A DNA stretch of 64,000 bases from Candidatus Wirthbacteria bacterium (GTDB taxonomy: Bacteria > Patescibacteriota > CG2-30-54-11), in contig CAISZI010000053.1 in assembly GCA_903889905.1 (NCBI GenBank), forward strand, positions 10,599-74,598. The letters run 5' to 3'. The notes under the pieces are model-generated. The model did no database searches. It saw only the letters and a list, made by a program, of their open reading frames with translations, and was not told the origin of the DNA. This document shows, one piece after another, positions 17,331 through 26,171 of the stretch. Both the position numbers and the translations under genes were made by a program. Positions within the stretch are counted from its first letter, which is position 1. Every line of letters begins with the position of its first letter.

Positions 17331-18402
17331 TTTTTTTAAACTGCCTTATGAACCCGAACTTGGTATTGCCAAAGCCTGGAAACTGAAACCTGATGTTATT
17401 TTGTCGACAGCGCGAGCCAAAGGTGGACTTCTGGCATTGGTTGAAGACAAAGTGAACTGCATGCAAGCCAGTGACAGCGACCACAAAATTATCATCGTCG
17501 ATGCCACCGAATATGAAGTGGGCGCGTTCAAGGTGCGCTGGATATTGGAGCAAAGCCTGGACGCGGTGCTGGATGGTGCTTTGATTGGGGCTTACCTCAC
17601 GGGTGCTCACCGCATTTATGTACTAATGAGCGCGGATTATCCGATTTTACGACTTGAATTTGAACATTTGGTCAAAGACCGGATGGACATGGACATGCTG
17701 GGGAAACAGGTGGTGGGTAAAAAATTGAATCTTGAAAGAGTGATGGTATTGCCGGACATGATGGAAACCCGCCGCGACGAAGACCTGGTAGCCCAGGTCA
17801 AAGGTCATTTACAACTGCACGAAGACTTTGAGGCGCATGGCATCTGGGTGGAAAAAGCCGAAACTTTTGCACGTCTCGCGCGTGGTTTTGCCAGTCCCAA
17901 ATTGGAAACCTGGTCAAACCACGTCTTTAGCGTCAGTGGCGACGTCAGCAGAGCGGGCGTCTTTGAAATCAAAGCTGGGACGACGCTCACCGAGCTGCTT
18001 GCCTTGGCACAGCCCAAAGGCAAGACGAAAGGCGCACAAATTGGCGGCACAGAAGGCATTCTGGTGGCAACCGAAGATTTCGCAACGTATCGACTTGGTG
18101 AGGATATGGTTGAGGAAAGCGGATCGGTTATTGTTTTTAACGATTCCCGCAACGTCGTCGCGCTGCTAGCCAATACCGTGTCGGAGCTGCTGGGCGAACG
18201 CAAACTGTTTGCTGAGCCTTTGGAGGAAGTGGACGAACTCTATATTGAATTACAAATGCTGCGTAAGCAGCCAGAACGCCAACTGGCCAAAAAAATATTG
18301 GAACATGCCTTGGGATTGGTGGAAACGTCAACAGTTCTCAAGCGCGTTGGGCAGATGGTCAGGGATGCGTATGAGGCGTGGCCGGAAGAGTTTGGCAGTT
18401 AG
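17317..18402 (+). CDS. Degenerate NuoF/HoxF-like protein (51-kDa + SLBB domains, cofactor motifs lost)
   Basis: VDATEYEVGAFKVRWILE aligns with NADEGEPGTFKDR; FSVSGDVSRAGVFEI and AQIGGTEG fit the SLBB region. GRGGAG, GAYICGEE and CxxCxxC are absent. Confidence 0.7.
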   Translation: MCTLDFFKLPYEPELGIAKAWKLKPDVILSTARAKGGLLALVEDKVNCMQASDSDHKIIIVDATEYEVGAFKVRWILEQSLDAVLDGALIGAYLTGAHRIYVLMSADYPILRLEFEHLVKDRMDMDMLGKQVVGKKLNLERVMVLPDMMETRRDEDLVAQVKGHLQLHEDFEAHGIWVEKAETFARLARGFASPKLETWSNHVFSVSGDVSRAGVFEIKAGTTLTELLALAQPKGKTKGAQIGGTEGILVATEDFATYRLGEDMVEESGSVIVFNDSRNVVALLANTVSELLGERKLFAEPLEEVDELYIELQMLRKQPERQLAKKILEHALGLVETSTVLKRVGQMVRDAYEAWPEEFGS

Positions 18403-18422
18403 TAGGGTTGAAATGTCTCTGC

Positions 18423-18515
18423 TGTCATTGCGAGGAAGTCAGCGACGCGGCAATCTTGTTTCTGGTAAAAATAATAACTAGATTGCCACGCCTTGAGACA
18501 AGGCTCGCAATGACA
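18423..18515. repeat. REP-like inverted pair (GTCATTGCGAG...CTCGCAATGAC)
   Basis: TGTCATTGCGAG..GCGGCAATCT / AGATTGCCACG..CTCGCAATGACA. Confidence 0.85.
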
Positions 18516-18542
18516 ACGATCGATAGAAACCAGCAGAAAAGA

Positions 18543-19568
18543 TCACCGATTCAGGAAGCTGGCTTTGCGTGCTATGGCGGTGCATTGGTCCAGTTGTTTG
18601 TCGGTGAGTACGCCATTCTCGCGCAGGAAATTGTATTCGAGCTTGATGTTCGTTTCAAAGAAGATAGGGTCGTCGGAGTTGACGGTGAATTTGATGCCGT
18701 GGGCCATCCAGGTGTTGACGACATTTTTGCAGTCTTCGGGACCGTTCAAGAGGCCGAGGATGATGTTTGACGTGGGGCAGAATTCCATGACAATGTCGTG
18801 CTTCTGGATTAGTTCGAGTTCTTCGGGGTGGTGAATGGAATCAATGCCATGGCCAATGCGGTCGGCGCCAAGTTTGGTGATGGCGTCTTTGACGGATAAT
18901 TGTTCCGGACCTTCACCAGCGTGCACGGTAACTCCCAAACCTGCGGCTTTGGCTTTATGAAAAATCGGGGCCATTTCGTCGGCGTTGAACTTGTTGCCCG
19001 AATCCAGGCCCGTGAGGTCAATGCCAACAATGCCACGGCTTTTGTACTTGATGGCCTTGTCCACGGTGATCTCATTGAGGTGGGCGGGGAAACCTTTTTC
19101 GAGGCAAAAAATCAGTCCGACGCGGATTGGATATTCGAGCATGACACGGTCGAGGCCACGCAGCGCGCCGGCAATGATATGGTCGAGGTCCTTTTCGCCT
19201 TTGCGATTTCTCTTCATGGGCGTGAAGCGGATGTCGAGTGTATCGACATTGCATTTGCGGTAGGCTTTGGCGGCCATTTCGTAAATTGTGTGTTCCATGG
19301 CTTCAGGGCTGGACTGGATCATTTCGCACCAGTGGAACGGGTTTTTGGGTGAATGCAGGAATTCGTCCAGATCCATCATTTTGGCGCGCGTAATCGTGAT
19401 GGCGTCCTTGAAATCCCAGTAATCCTCAAAAGGTAACCGAATGCCCTGCTGGTGGGCGATCGTCCACATGGTAGAAGCAGGCAATCCGCCGCCGGCGTGG
19501 ATGTGCAGTTCGGTGAGCGGCTTCCAGGTGGGTTTGAACGGATTGGTGGGAATTTGGGTTGCGTCCAT
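18543..19568 (-). CDS. add: Adenosine/adenine deaminase family
   Basis: ELHIH, TVHAGE, RIGHG, CPTSN and NSDDP motifs. Confidence 0.88.
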   Translation of the reverse strand: MDATQIPTNPFKPTWKPLTELHIHAGGGLPASTMWTIAHQQGIRLPFEDYWDFKDAITITRAKMMDLDEFLHSPKNPFHWCEMIQSSPEAMEHTIYEMAAKAYRKCNVDTLDIRFTPMKRNRKGEKDLDHIIAGALRGLDRVMLEYPIRVGLIFCLEKGFPAHLNEITVDKAIKYKSRGIVGIDLTGLDSGNKFNADEMAPIFHKAKAAGLGVTVHAGEGPEQLSVKDAITKLGADRIGHGIDSIHHPEELELIQKHDIVMEFCPTSNIILGLLNGPEDCKNVVNTWMAHGIKFTVNSDDPIFFETNIKLEYNFLRENGVLTDKQLDQCTAIARKASFLNR

Positions 19569-19762
19569 AATTTCTCCATAAATGCATGTAATAGTTAACT
19601 CATAATTTATCACCAATACCTGATTTGGTCAAAGATTTAGCGGGGCGGTGGCCGGGGTAAGAGCTTGCCGCGTCAACATGTGGATTTGACAAACAGCCTC
19701 AACCCATTAAAATAGTCGACTGTAACTAACTTTTCAAAACAAACGCAGCAGAAGGAGGCAAG

Positions 19763-20701
19763 ATGATCAAAGTGCAGCATTTGACCAAACACTTTGGCGA
19801 CTTCAAAGCCCTGGATAGCATCACGTTCGAGGTCAAAGCCGGGGAAATCATGGGTTTCCTGGGCCCCAACGGTGCTGGCAAAACCACGACCATGAAAATC
19901 CTGGCCGGCTTTATGCCACCGACGTCGGGCAAAGCCATCGTCAATGACCACAATGTGGAAGAACAAAATCTCGAGATGCGCAAGCAAATTGGCTATCTGC
20001 CCGAGAGCAACCCGCTTTATCTGGATTTCACTGTCGAAGAAGCGCTGCAGTATGTGGCGGCAATGCATGGTCTAAACAAATTTAATACGCGTGAAGCCAT
20101 TGCCCGCGCTGTCGAGCAATGCAGCCTGGAATCTGTTTTTTACAAACAAATTGAAAATCTGTCCAAAGGTTTTCGCCAACGGGTTGGTTTGGCGCAGGCA
20201 CTGCTTTGTGATCCCAAAACATTGATTTTGGACGAGCCGACCGTTGGACTGGATCCCAAACAAATCATCGAAATACGCGAACTGATCCAGAAACTGGGCA
20301 AAAACCGCACCGTGCTCCTGAGCACTCACATCATGCAGGAGGTGCAGGCGATTTGCGACACCGTTACCATCATCCACCAGGGCAAAGTGGTAGCGAGCGG
20401 CACACCCGATGAACTCAAAGCCAAATCCGAAGAATCCATGCTCGGCAATATTTACATCAAACTCGCCGCTGGCACGATCAAAGACACTGAAGCCAAACTT
20501 AGGGAAATCGAAGGTGTGAAACATGTGGTCAAGAAAGATTCTGAGAAAAAAGGCGTTTACGGGTTTACCATTGACGTCGAAAATGGCGTGGATGTGCGGG
20601 AAGCGATTTTTGATGCCGTGGTCAAAAATGGCTGGAAGTTGTACGAAATGACGCCGCAGCAGATCAGCCTTGAGGAAGTGTTTTTGGATGTGACGAAGTA
20701 A
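19763..20701 (+). CDS. ABC-2 ATP-binding protein (GldA-like)
   Basis: GPNGAGKTT, LSKGFRQRVGLAQAL, LDEPTVGLDP. Confidence 0.93.
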   Translation: MIKVQHLTKHFGDFKALDSITFEVKAGEIMGFLGPNGAGKTTTMKILAGFMPPTSGKAIVNDHNVEEQNLEMRKQIGYLPESNPLYLDFTVEEALQYVAAMHGLNKFNTREAIARAVEQCSLESVFYKQIENLSKGFRQRVGLAQALLCDPKTLILDEPTVGLDPKQIIEIRELIQKLGKNRTVLLSTHIMQEVQAICDTVTIIHQGKVVASGTPDELKAKSEESMLGNIYIKLAAGTIKDTEAKLREIEGVKHVVKKDSEKKGVYGFTIDVENGVDVREAIFDAVVKNGWKLYEMTPQQISLEEVFLDVTK

Positions 20702-20716
20702 GTTTATCTTTTTTGG

Positions 20717-20792
20717 GTCATGCCGAACTTGATTCGGCATCTCGTTTTTTTTTCTGATAGGGTGCTAGATGCTGAATTAAGTTCAGCATGAC
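20717..20792. repeat. REP-like inverted pair (GTCATG...CATGAC)
   Basis: GTCATGCCGAACTTGATTCGGCATCT / AGATGCTGAATTAAGTTCAGCATGAC. Confidence 0.85.
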
Positions 20793-20862
20793 ATCAGAAT
20801 GTTGACTCTGGAAGACAGCCTAATCATATTAGTTATCCCATCGCATGTTTCAAGGAGACCTT

Positions 20863-21567
20863 ATGACTTCGATCTGGACCATCACCAAAAAAGAGCTGCG
20901 GCACTATTTCAACTCGCCGATTGCTTATGTCATCCTGTTTATTTACCTCGCCATCAGCGGGTACTTTTTTGCCTACAACCTGTTTTTGAACGGCGTCGTG
21001 TCAATGCGCAGCTATCTGCAGACGATTCCGTTGATTCTGTTGTTCTTTGTCCCGGCGCTTTCCATGCGTTTACTGGCCGAAGAACGCAAGACAGGAACGC
21101 TGGAACATCTGGTCACGCTGCCGGTGAGTGATATTGAAATCCTGCTGGGTAAATTTTTGGGAGCGTTGTCATTTTATGTGGTCATGGTGGGCATTACTTT
21201 TATCTATCCGGTGGCGCTCAGCACGTTGGGCAAACTTGACTGGGGGCCGGTGATCGGAGGCTACATCGGGTTGGTGTTTCTCGGCGCCTGCATCATTGGC
21301 ATTGGTTTGTTTGCTTCTTCGCTTACCTCCAACCAGATTGTGGCGTTTATCGTCGCCTTTGCCATTGGTTTTGTGCTGTACCTGGTGGGCCAATCCACAC
21401 AATATATCCCGGCGGTCGCGGGACTCGTGGACTTCCTTGGGTTTACCTCGCATTTCAATAACATTTCAACTGGCATCATTGATTCACGCGACGTGCTGTA
21501 CTACCTGTCGCTGATCACGCTGATGTTGTTTCTGACCCTGCAAAGTTTACTCAATCGCAAGAAGTGA
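20863..21567 (+). CDS. ABC-2 permease (GldF-like)
   Basis: KKELRHYFNSPIAY, MRLLAEERKTGTLE, SSLTSNQIVA, GIIDSRDVLYY. Confidence 0.9.
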   Translation: MTSIWTITKKELRHYFNSPIAYVILFIYLAISGYFFAYNLFLNGVVSMRSYLQTIPLILLFFVPALSMRLLAEERKTGTLEHLVTLPVSDIEILLGKFLGALSFYVVMVGITFIYPVALSTLGKLDWGPVIGGYIGLVFLGACIIGIGLFASSLTSNQIVAFIVAFAIGFVLYLVGQSTQYIPAVAGLVDFLGFTSHFNNISTGIIDSRDVLYYLSLITLMLFLTLQSLLNRKK

Positions 21568-21577
21568 GGAACCCAAG

Positions 21578-23206
21578 ATGAAAAAAATCAAATTCCAACT
21601 CCCCAAACACGTTGAAACTTTTTTTACCTCCTCGACCGCCATCCTGCTGATGGTGGGCATCCTGATCATGGCCAATATCCTGGGCTCGATGTTTTTCGTG
21701 CGTCTCGATTTGACGGCTGACCAGACTTTTACGCTATCCAAGGCCAGCCGCGACCTGGTCGGCAATCTGGATGATAAAGTCATTGCCAAAGCCTACTTTA
21801 GCAAAAATCTGCCCTCACCTTATAACGAAGTGCGCCAATACCTGGTGGACAAGCTGGCCGATTACAAACAGTACAGCAAAGGCAAGTTCGATTATCAAAT
21901 TATTGATCCAACCGGGAGTACCGAGAAACAGCAGGCAGCCCAGACCGATGGTATTCAACCCTCACAAGTCCAGGTGGTGAAACAGGATCAGGCGAGTTCA
22001 CAGATCGCCTATATGGGTGTGGTTTTTCTCTATGGCGGCAAACAGGAAACGGTAGCGCAACTGCAAAGCACTGACGGCATGGAATACACACTGACCAGCA
22101 CCATCAAAAAACTGGTGCAACCCAAAGCGATTACGGTGGGCATTCTCCAGGACAGTACTGCGACCGGAACGTTTGCCACAGAATATTCGGAAGCGAACGC
22201 GAGCTTGCAGCAGCTTTATACAACCCAAAATGTGACGGCAGCCAATATTCCCAGCGACCTGGCCGTGCTGATTGTGGCGGGGGTGACGAGCAAATTGCCG
22301 GATGCGACACTGTATGCCATTGACCAGGCGGTGATGCGTGGAACCAAGGTTCTCTTTATGGTGGACACCTCCAGTATCGACATGAGTTATATGACGGCCT
22401 CTGCCCTTGATAGCGGCCTGGTGCCGATGCTCGCAAGTTATGGCGTGACCATCAATAACGACCTGGTACTGGATACGCAGGCGGAAACGGTTTCCATTGG
22501 TGTTGGTCAGGGTGGGTATAGTGTGGCTGTGCAGTATCCCTATGTACCCTATGTTACGACGTTTGGTTCAAGTTTGGTCACCACTGGCCTCAAATCGACG
22601 TCCATGGCTTTTGCCAGTAGTCTGACGGTTGGCAGCGACTTGCCCAAAGGACTCAATGTCGACAAATTGATCATGACTGGTAAAACCAGCTGGAGACTCA
22701 GCGGTCAGTACAACCTTGACCCTTTTCAACAGTTTGCGACCGGGTCTGATCGTGGTCCGTTTGCGTTGGCTGTTTCCCTGCAGGGACCATTGACGAGTTA
22801 TTTCAAAGGGAAAACGCAACCAACCGCAACAGCCCCGGCCAGTGCGACGACTTCCACCACCACCGTTACGACGCCAGCTGCCCGCGTGGACAGTGTTGCC
22901 ACGAATCGCATGATTGTGGTGGGGTCATCCAAATTCGTCAAACACGGTACGATTCTCAATGGCGACAACGTGACCTTTTTTGCCAATGCCATCGATTGGC
23001 TCGCCCAGGATGACGGTATGATTTCGATTCGGGCTAAAGGTGGCGCCGTACCGCATATCAAGCAAGTCGACGATCTCACGCGAAACGTGATCAAATGGGG
23101 ACTCTTCCTGGGATTACCAGTGATTGTCTTTGTTCTGGCGATCATTCGTTTCCGCATCCGCCAGAAACGCATGCAGCGCAAATATCATGTCGCCAAATCC
23201 GTTTAA
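21578..23206 (+). CDS. GldG-like ABC auxiliary protein
   Basis: RLDLTADQTFTLS, EYTLTSTI, FFANAIDWL; N- and C-terminal TM helices. Confidence 0.88.
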   Translation: MKKIKFQLPKHVETFFTSSTAILLMVGILIMANILGSMFFVRLDLTADQTFTLSKASRDLVGNLDDKVIAKAYFSKNLPSPYNEVRQYLVDKLADYKQYSKGKFDYQIIDPTGSTEKQQAAQTDGIQPSQVQVVKQDQASSQIAYMGVVFLYGGKQETVAQLQSTDGMEYTLTSTIKKLVQPKAITVGILQDSTATGTFATEYSEANASLQQLYTTQNVTAANIPSDLAVLIVAGVTSKLPDATLYAIDQAVMRGTKVLFMVDTSSIDMSYMTASALDSGLVPMLASYGVTINNDLVLDTQAETVSIGVGQGGYSVAVQYPYVPYVTTFGSSLVTTGLKSTSMAFASSLTVGSDLPKGLNVDKLIMTGKTSWRLSGQYNLDPFQQFATGSDRGPFALAVSLQGPLTSYFKGKTQPTATAPASATTSTTTVTTPAARVDSVATNRMIVVGSSKFVKHGTILNGDNVTFFANAIDWLAQDDGMISIRAKGGAVPHIKQVDDLTRNVIKWGLFLGLPVIVFVLAIIRFRIRQKRMQRKYHVAKSV

Positions 23207-23227
23207 CTTTGTCAGGGGAAACCTGTT

Positions 23228-24166
23228 ATGAAACCCAAATATCTGCTCGTACTGCTCGTGGTTTTTGTTGGTCTGTTTGCCATCGTCAAGGGGTCGGAGC
23301 TATTGAAGGGTAATGAAGGCCAGGCACAAGTCCGGACGTTTTTAAAGGTAAGTGCCAGCACCTATAATAAAATTTCCATTGTACAGCCCAGCCAGACGCA
23401 GGTGCTGCAGAAAAGCGGGAACAGTTGGGAACTGACGACCCCGATCACGTACCCGGTAATGCAATCGGCCATGGACACCGTGGTGAGCGCACTGGCCAAC
23501 CTGCAGAGCGACGACATCGTCTCCAGCAATGCCAGCAAAAAGGCAACCTATGGCGTGGATGACCAGACCGGGGTCAAAATCATTTTGACTCAAAACAACA
23601 AAGAAGTCGCGCAATTTATGCTTGGCAATGCCTCCACCGATGGCAATCATACCTATGCGACGTTGGTTAACAGCAATGATATTCACGCGGTCAGGGGAAA
23701 TTTGCGGGACTCCCTGGTCAAGGACACCAGCAGCTGGAGAGATAAAACCATTCTTGCCTTGCAATCAGGCAATGTCAGCACGGCGCAGTTTGTGCATAGT
23801 GCCGGCGACAGTTTTCGTTTGACAGCCGATGGTCAGGGTAATTACTCGCTCGATGGCAATACCAAAACAGTCAACGTCACGAAAATGAGTACGCTCACGT
23901 CCTATGTCACGACGTTGCTGGCCTCCGCCTTTGTCGATGATCCCGCCACCGTCAAGTTGAGTAGCACCCCTGATTTGCGCATGGTGATTGCCACCAAGGA
24001 CAACAATACGATCAATGTTTCGCTCTGGAAAGTTGGGACTTCCTATTATGCACAGAAAAATGGCACAGGGCAGCTTTATCAGGTGGACCAGACGACTTAT
24101 GATGGTGTGAATACCAGTCTGACTGATCTACTTTCTGCAGCGACCTCGACTACCACCACGCCATAA
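23228..24166 (+). CDS. DUF4340 domain protein
   Basis: N-terminal anchor, WELTTP and TYGVD; usual fourth gene of GldAFG-like operons. Confidence 0.75.
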   Translation: MKPKYLLVLLVVFVGLFAIVKGSELLKGNEGQAQVRTFLKVSASTYNKISIVQPSQTQVLQKSGNSWELTTPITYPVMQSAMDTVVSALANLQSDDIVSSNASKKATYGVDDQTGVKIILTQNNKEVAQFMLGNASTDGNHTYATLVNSNDIHAVRGNLRDSLVKDTSSWRDKTILALQSGNVSTAQFVHSAGDSFRLTADGQGNYSLDGNTKTVNVTKMSTLTSYVTTLLASAFVDDPATVKLSSTPDLRMVIATKDNNTINVSLWKVGTSYYAQKNGTGQLYQVDQTTYDGVNTSLTDLLSAATSTTTTP

Positions 24167-24178
24167 TCTGCCTCCCCC

Positions 24179-24205
24179 AAAACCCCGAATCCATCGGGGT
24201 TTTTT
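24179..24205 (+). terminator. Intrinsic terminator
   Basis: AAAACCCCG-aatccat-CGGGGTTTTTT. Confidence 0.75.
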
Positions 24206-24218
24206 AAACAGCAAGGCC

Positions 24219-25664
24219 ATGATGTTCCATGAGTTACTCGCCAAAATCGTCCACGGTAAGCTCAATCGATCGGTTTTGCTGGTTTTGGTGGGACTGTTGT
24301 TGGGCGGGTTGTTTTTGCTCAAAGGCAAAATTACGGGCGACGGCTGGTCGTATTATGCCTGGCTGCGGTCGCCACTGGTGGACGGTAATTTTGACTTCAC
24401 CAACGAGTATAAGGATTTCAATAACCAGGCTTACTGGACGGCGGTGAGTGAACGCACGTCAACGGGCTTGGTTGCCAATCCTTTCTCCATCGGGCCAGCC
24501 ATGCTCTGGGCGCCATGGTTTGGTGTCGGCTGGGTAGCCACGACCATCACCGCGCCGTTGTTACATTTGCCCAATGACGGCTATTCGTTTTTTTACCAGC
24601 TGTTTATTCCGCTTGGGACGTATTGCTATGCCATCATGGGCGTGTTTTACCTCTACCGGCTGGTACGGTTTTTTGCTGATGAAAGCATTGCCTGGTGGAG
24701 CGTGATCGGGGTGACGGTCGGTGCCATGTTGCTCAATTATCTTTTCAATGAACCGGTGTCGTCGCATCCGTTGTCTTTTTTTGGCATCAGTCTGCTCTAC
24801 TGGTATTGGCTCCAGACAAAGTATTTCAAAGAAGACTCGGATGCACTCCTGGGAGGTTTGTGGGGCGGCATGGTTTGTCTGATCCGGTGGCAGCAGGTTA
24901 TCTTTTTGCTTCCCATCTTCATCTATCTGCTAGTGGTGAAACGCCGGCTGTGGCAGGTGCTTTTTTTTGGTCTTGGTGCCTTGGCACTGGGCATTTGGCA
25001 ACTGATCGCCTGGAAGATTATTTATGGCAGCTTTTTCGTGCTGCCGCAGGGCGCGGGGTATTTTATACCGGTAACCCATGTCGGCGAGTGGTTACTGAAC
25101 ACGCTGCGGCTGTGGTTCAGTCCCAATCACGGTTTGTTCTTCTGGACACCCATCACGTTACTGGGATTAGTCGGACTTGGCTTTATGTGGAAGCAAAAGC
25201 GAGTCTGGGCAATCACGTTTTTGGGCTTGTTTGTGTTAAGTTCGCTGGTCAATTCAATGGTCTGGGAGTTCTATGGCGGCTGGGCCTTTGGCGCGCGCCG
25301 TATGGCTGAGATGTTGCCGCTTTTGGCCATCGGGCTTTCCGCGCTGTGGCAACGTGTCAATAACCGCAAAATCATGATCGGCACGACGCTCGTTTTGTGT
25401 GGGTGGAACGTTCTGCTCTGGTTGCAGTTTGTGGCTGGCAAAATCGACCCGACCGGTCCGCTTAAATTTCCTGGTTGGATCATTGGACAAATCACCCATG
25501 CTTCTGCCGGACTTGTCAAAGCGGTTGGCCAGAGCGTGGTGATGAGCAATGTGTATTATGGGTTTGCCAAAAATCCGCTTTATTTCGCCTATAGTCTGCT
25601 GGCCGTGGTGTGTATTGTGCTGACGTTTGTTGTTATTCTAAAGATACAGGCGGAGCAGGACTAG
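24219..25664 (+). CDS. GT-C type integral membrane glycosyltransferase
   Basis: First loop GDGWSYYAWLRS, SIGPAMLWAP, GLFFWTP, GGWAFGARR; more than 10 TM helices. Confidence 0.7.
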   Translation: MMFHELLAKIVHGKLNRSVLLVLVGLLLGGLFLLKGKITGDGWSYYAWLRSPLVDGNFDFTNEYKDFNNQAYWTAVSERTSTGLVANPFSIGPAMLWAPWFGVGWVATTITAPLLHLPNDGYSFFYQLFIPLGTYCYAIMGVFYLYRLVRFFADESIAWWSVIGVTVGAMLLNYLFNEPVSSHPLSFFGISLLYWYWLQTKYFKEDSDALLGGLWGGMVCLIRWQQVIFLLPIFIYLLVVKRRLWQVLFFGLGALALGIWQLIAWKIIYGSFFVLPQGAGYFIPVTHVGEWLLNTLRLWFSPNHGLFFWTPITLLGLVGLGFMWKQKRVWAITFLGLFVLSSLVNSMVWEFYGGWAFGARRMAEMLPLLAIGLSALWQRVNNRKIMIGTTLVLCGWNVLLWLQFVAGKIDPTGPLKFPGWIIGQITHASAGLVKAVGQSVVMSNVYYGFAKNPLYFAYSLLAVVCIVLTFVVILKIQAEQD

Positions 25665-25669
25665 GGTTG

Positions 25670-25775
25670 AAACTACTCCCTACCGGGCCTCCACCCGCTG
25701 CTGCAGGGGAGGGATATGAAACTCAATTTTCCCGCCCCTGTGCTTCACGGGGGAGGGCAGGGTGGGGGTAGTTTT
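25670..25775. repeat. C/G-tract palindromic repeat pair (CCCC..GGGG family)
   Basis: AAACTACTCCCTACC..CCTCC..GGGGAGGG / CCCGCCCC..GGGGGAGGGCAGGGTGGGGGTAGTTT. Confidence 0.65.
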
Positions 25776-25981
25776 CAGACTGTCGTCTTTTGCGCCCGTT
25801 CGATCTTCTTGATCCTTGTCTCGAGTTTGGAACGTTCCAGCAAAACTTTGTGGCCACAGGTGTCGCAGGTGATGCCAATGTCGGCGCCAATGCGGACCAC
25901 GCTCCAGACCAGGCCGCCGCAGGGGTGCTTTTTTTTGAGCGTGAGTTTGTCGTCAAGGTTAAGGAGAAGGAGAGGGGACAT
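25775..25981 (-). CDS. DUF951 family protein
   Basis: LKKKHPCGGLVWSVVRIGADIGITCDTCGH. Confidence 0.88.
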   Translation of the reverse strand: MSPLLLLNLDDKLTLKKKHPCGGLVWSVVRIGADIGITCDTCGHKVLLERSKLETRIKKIERAQKTTV

Positions 25982-26034
25982 GGTGGTTTATAAAGTCATT
26001 AAGTTTGTAAAGTTGTAAAGTGGAAGGGAAAATC

Positions 26035-26121
26035 TCCACCTTGGGGTGGACTAATCCTCCTGTGCCCCCTTAAGGGGGGTAGGAGTTTCGTTATTGCGAG
26101 GAGGCAGCGACGAAGCAATCC
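26035..26121. repeat. Cluster of palindromes plus a solo GT[CT]ATTGCGAG REP arm
   Basis: TCCACCTTGGGGTGGA, CCCCCTTAAGGGGG, and CGTTATTGCGAG..CGAAGCAATC. Confidence 0.65.
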
Positions 26122-26171
26122 TTCAGTAGTGGCAAATTGTAAGTTTCTGGAGAGAGAAACAGAAGGAAAGG

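Noticed and set aside
19763-24166. Gliding-motility system (gldAFG)
   Set aside because: GldA/F/G-like ABC operons with DUF4340 are widespread outside Bacteroidota, and no gldJ-N/T9SS genes are present, so motility cannot be inferred.
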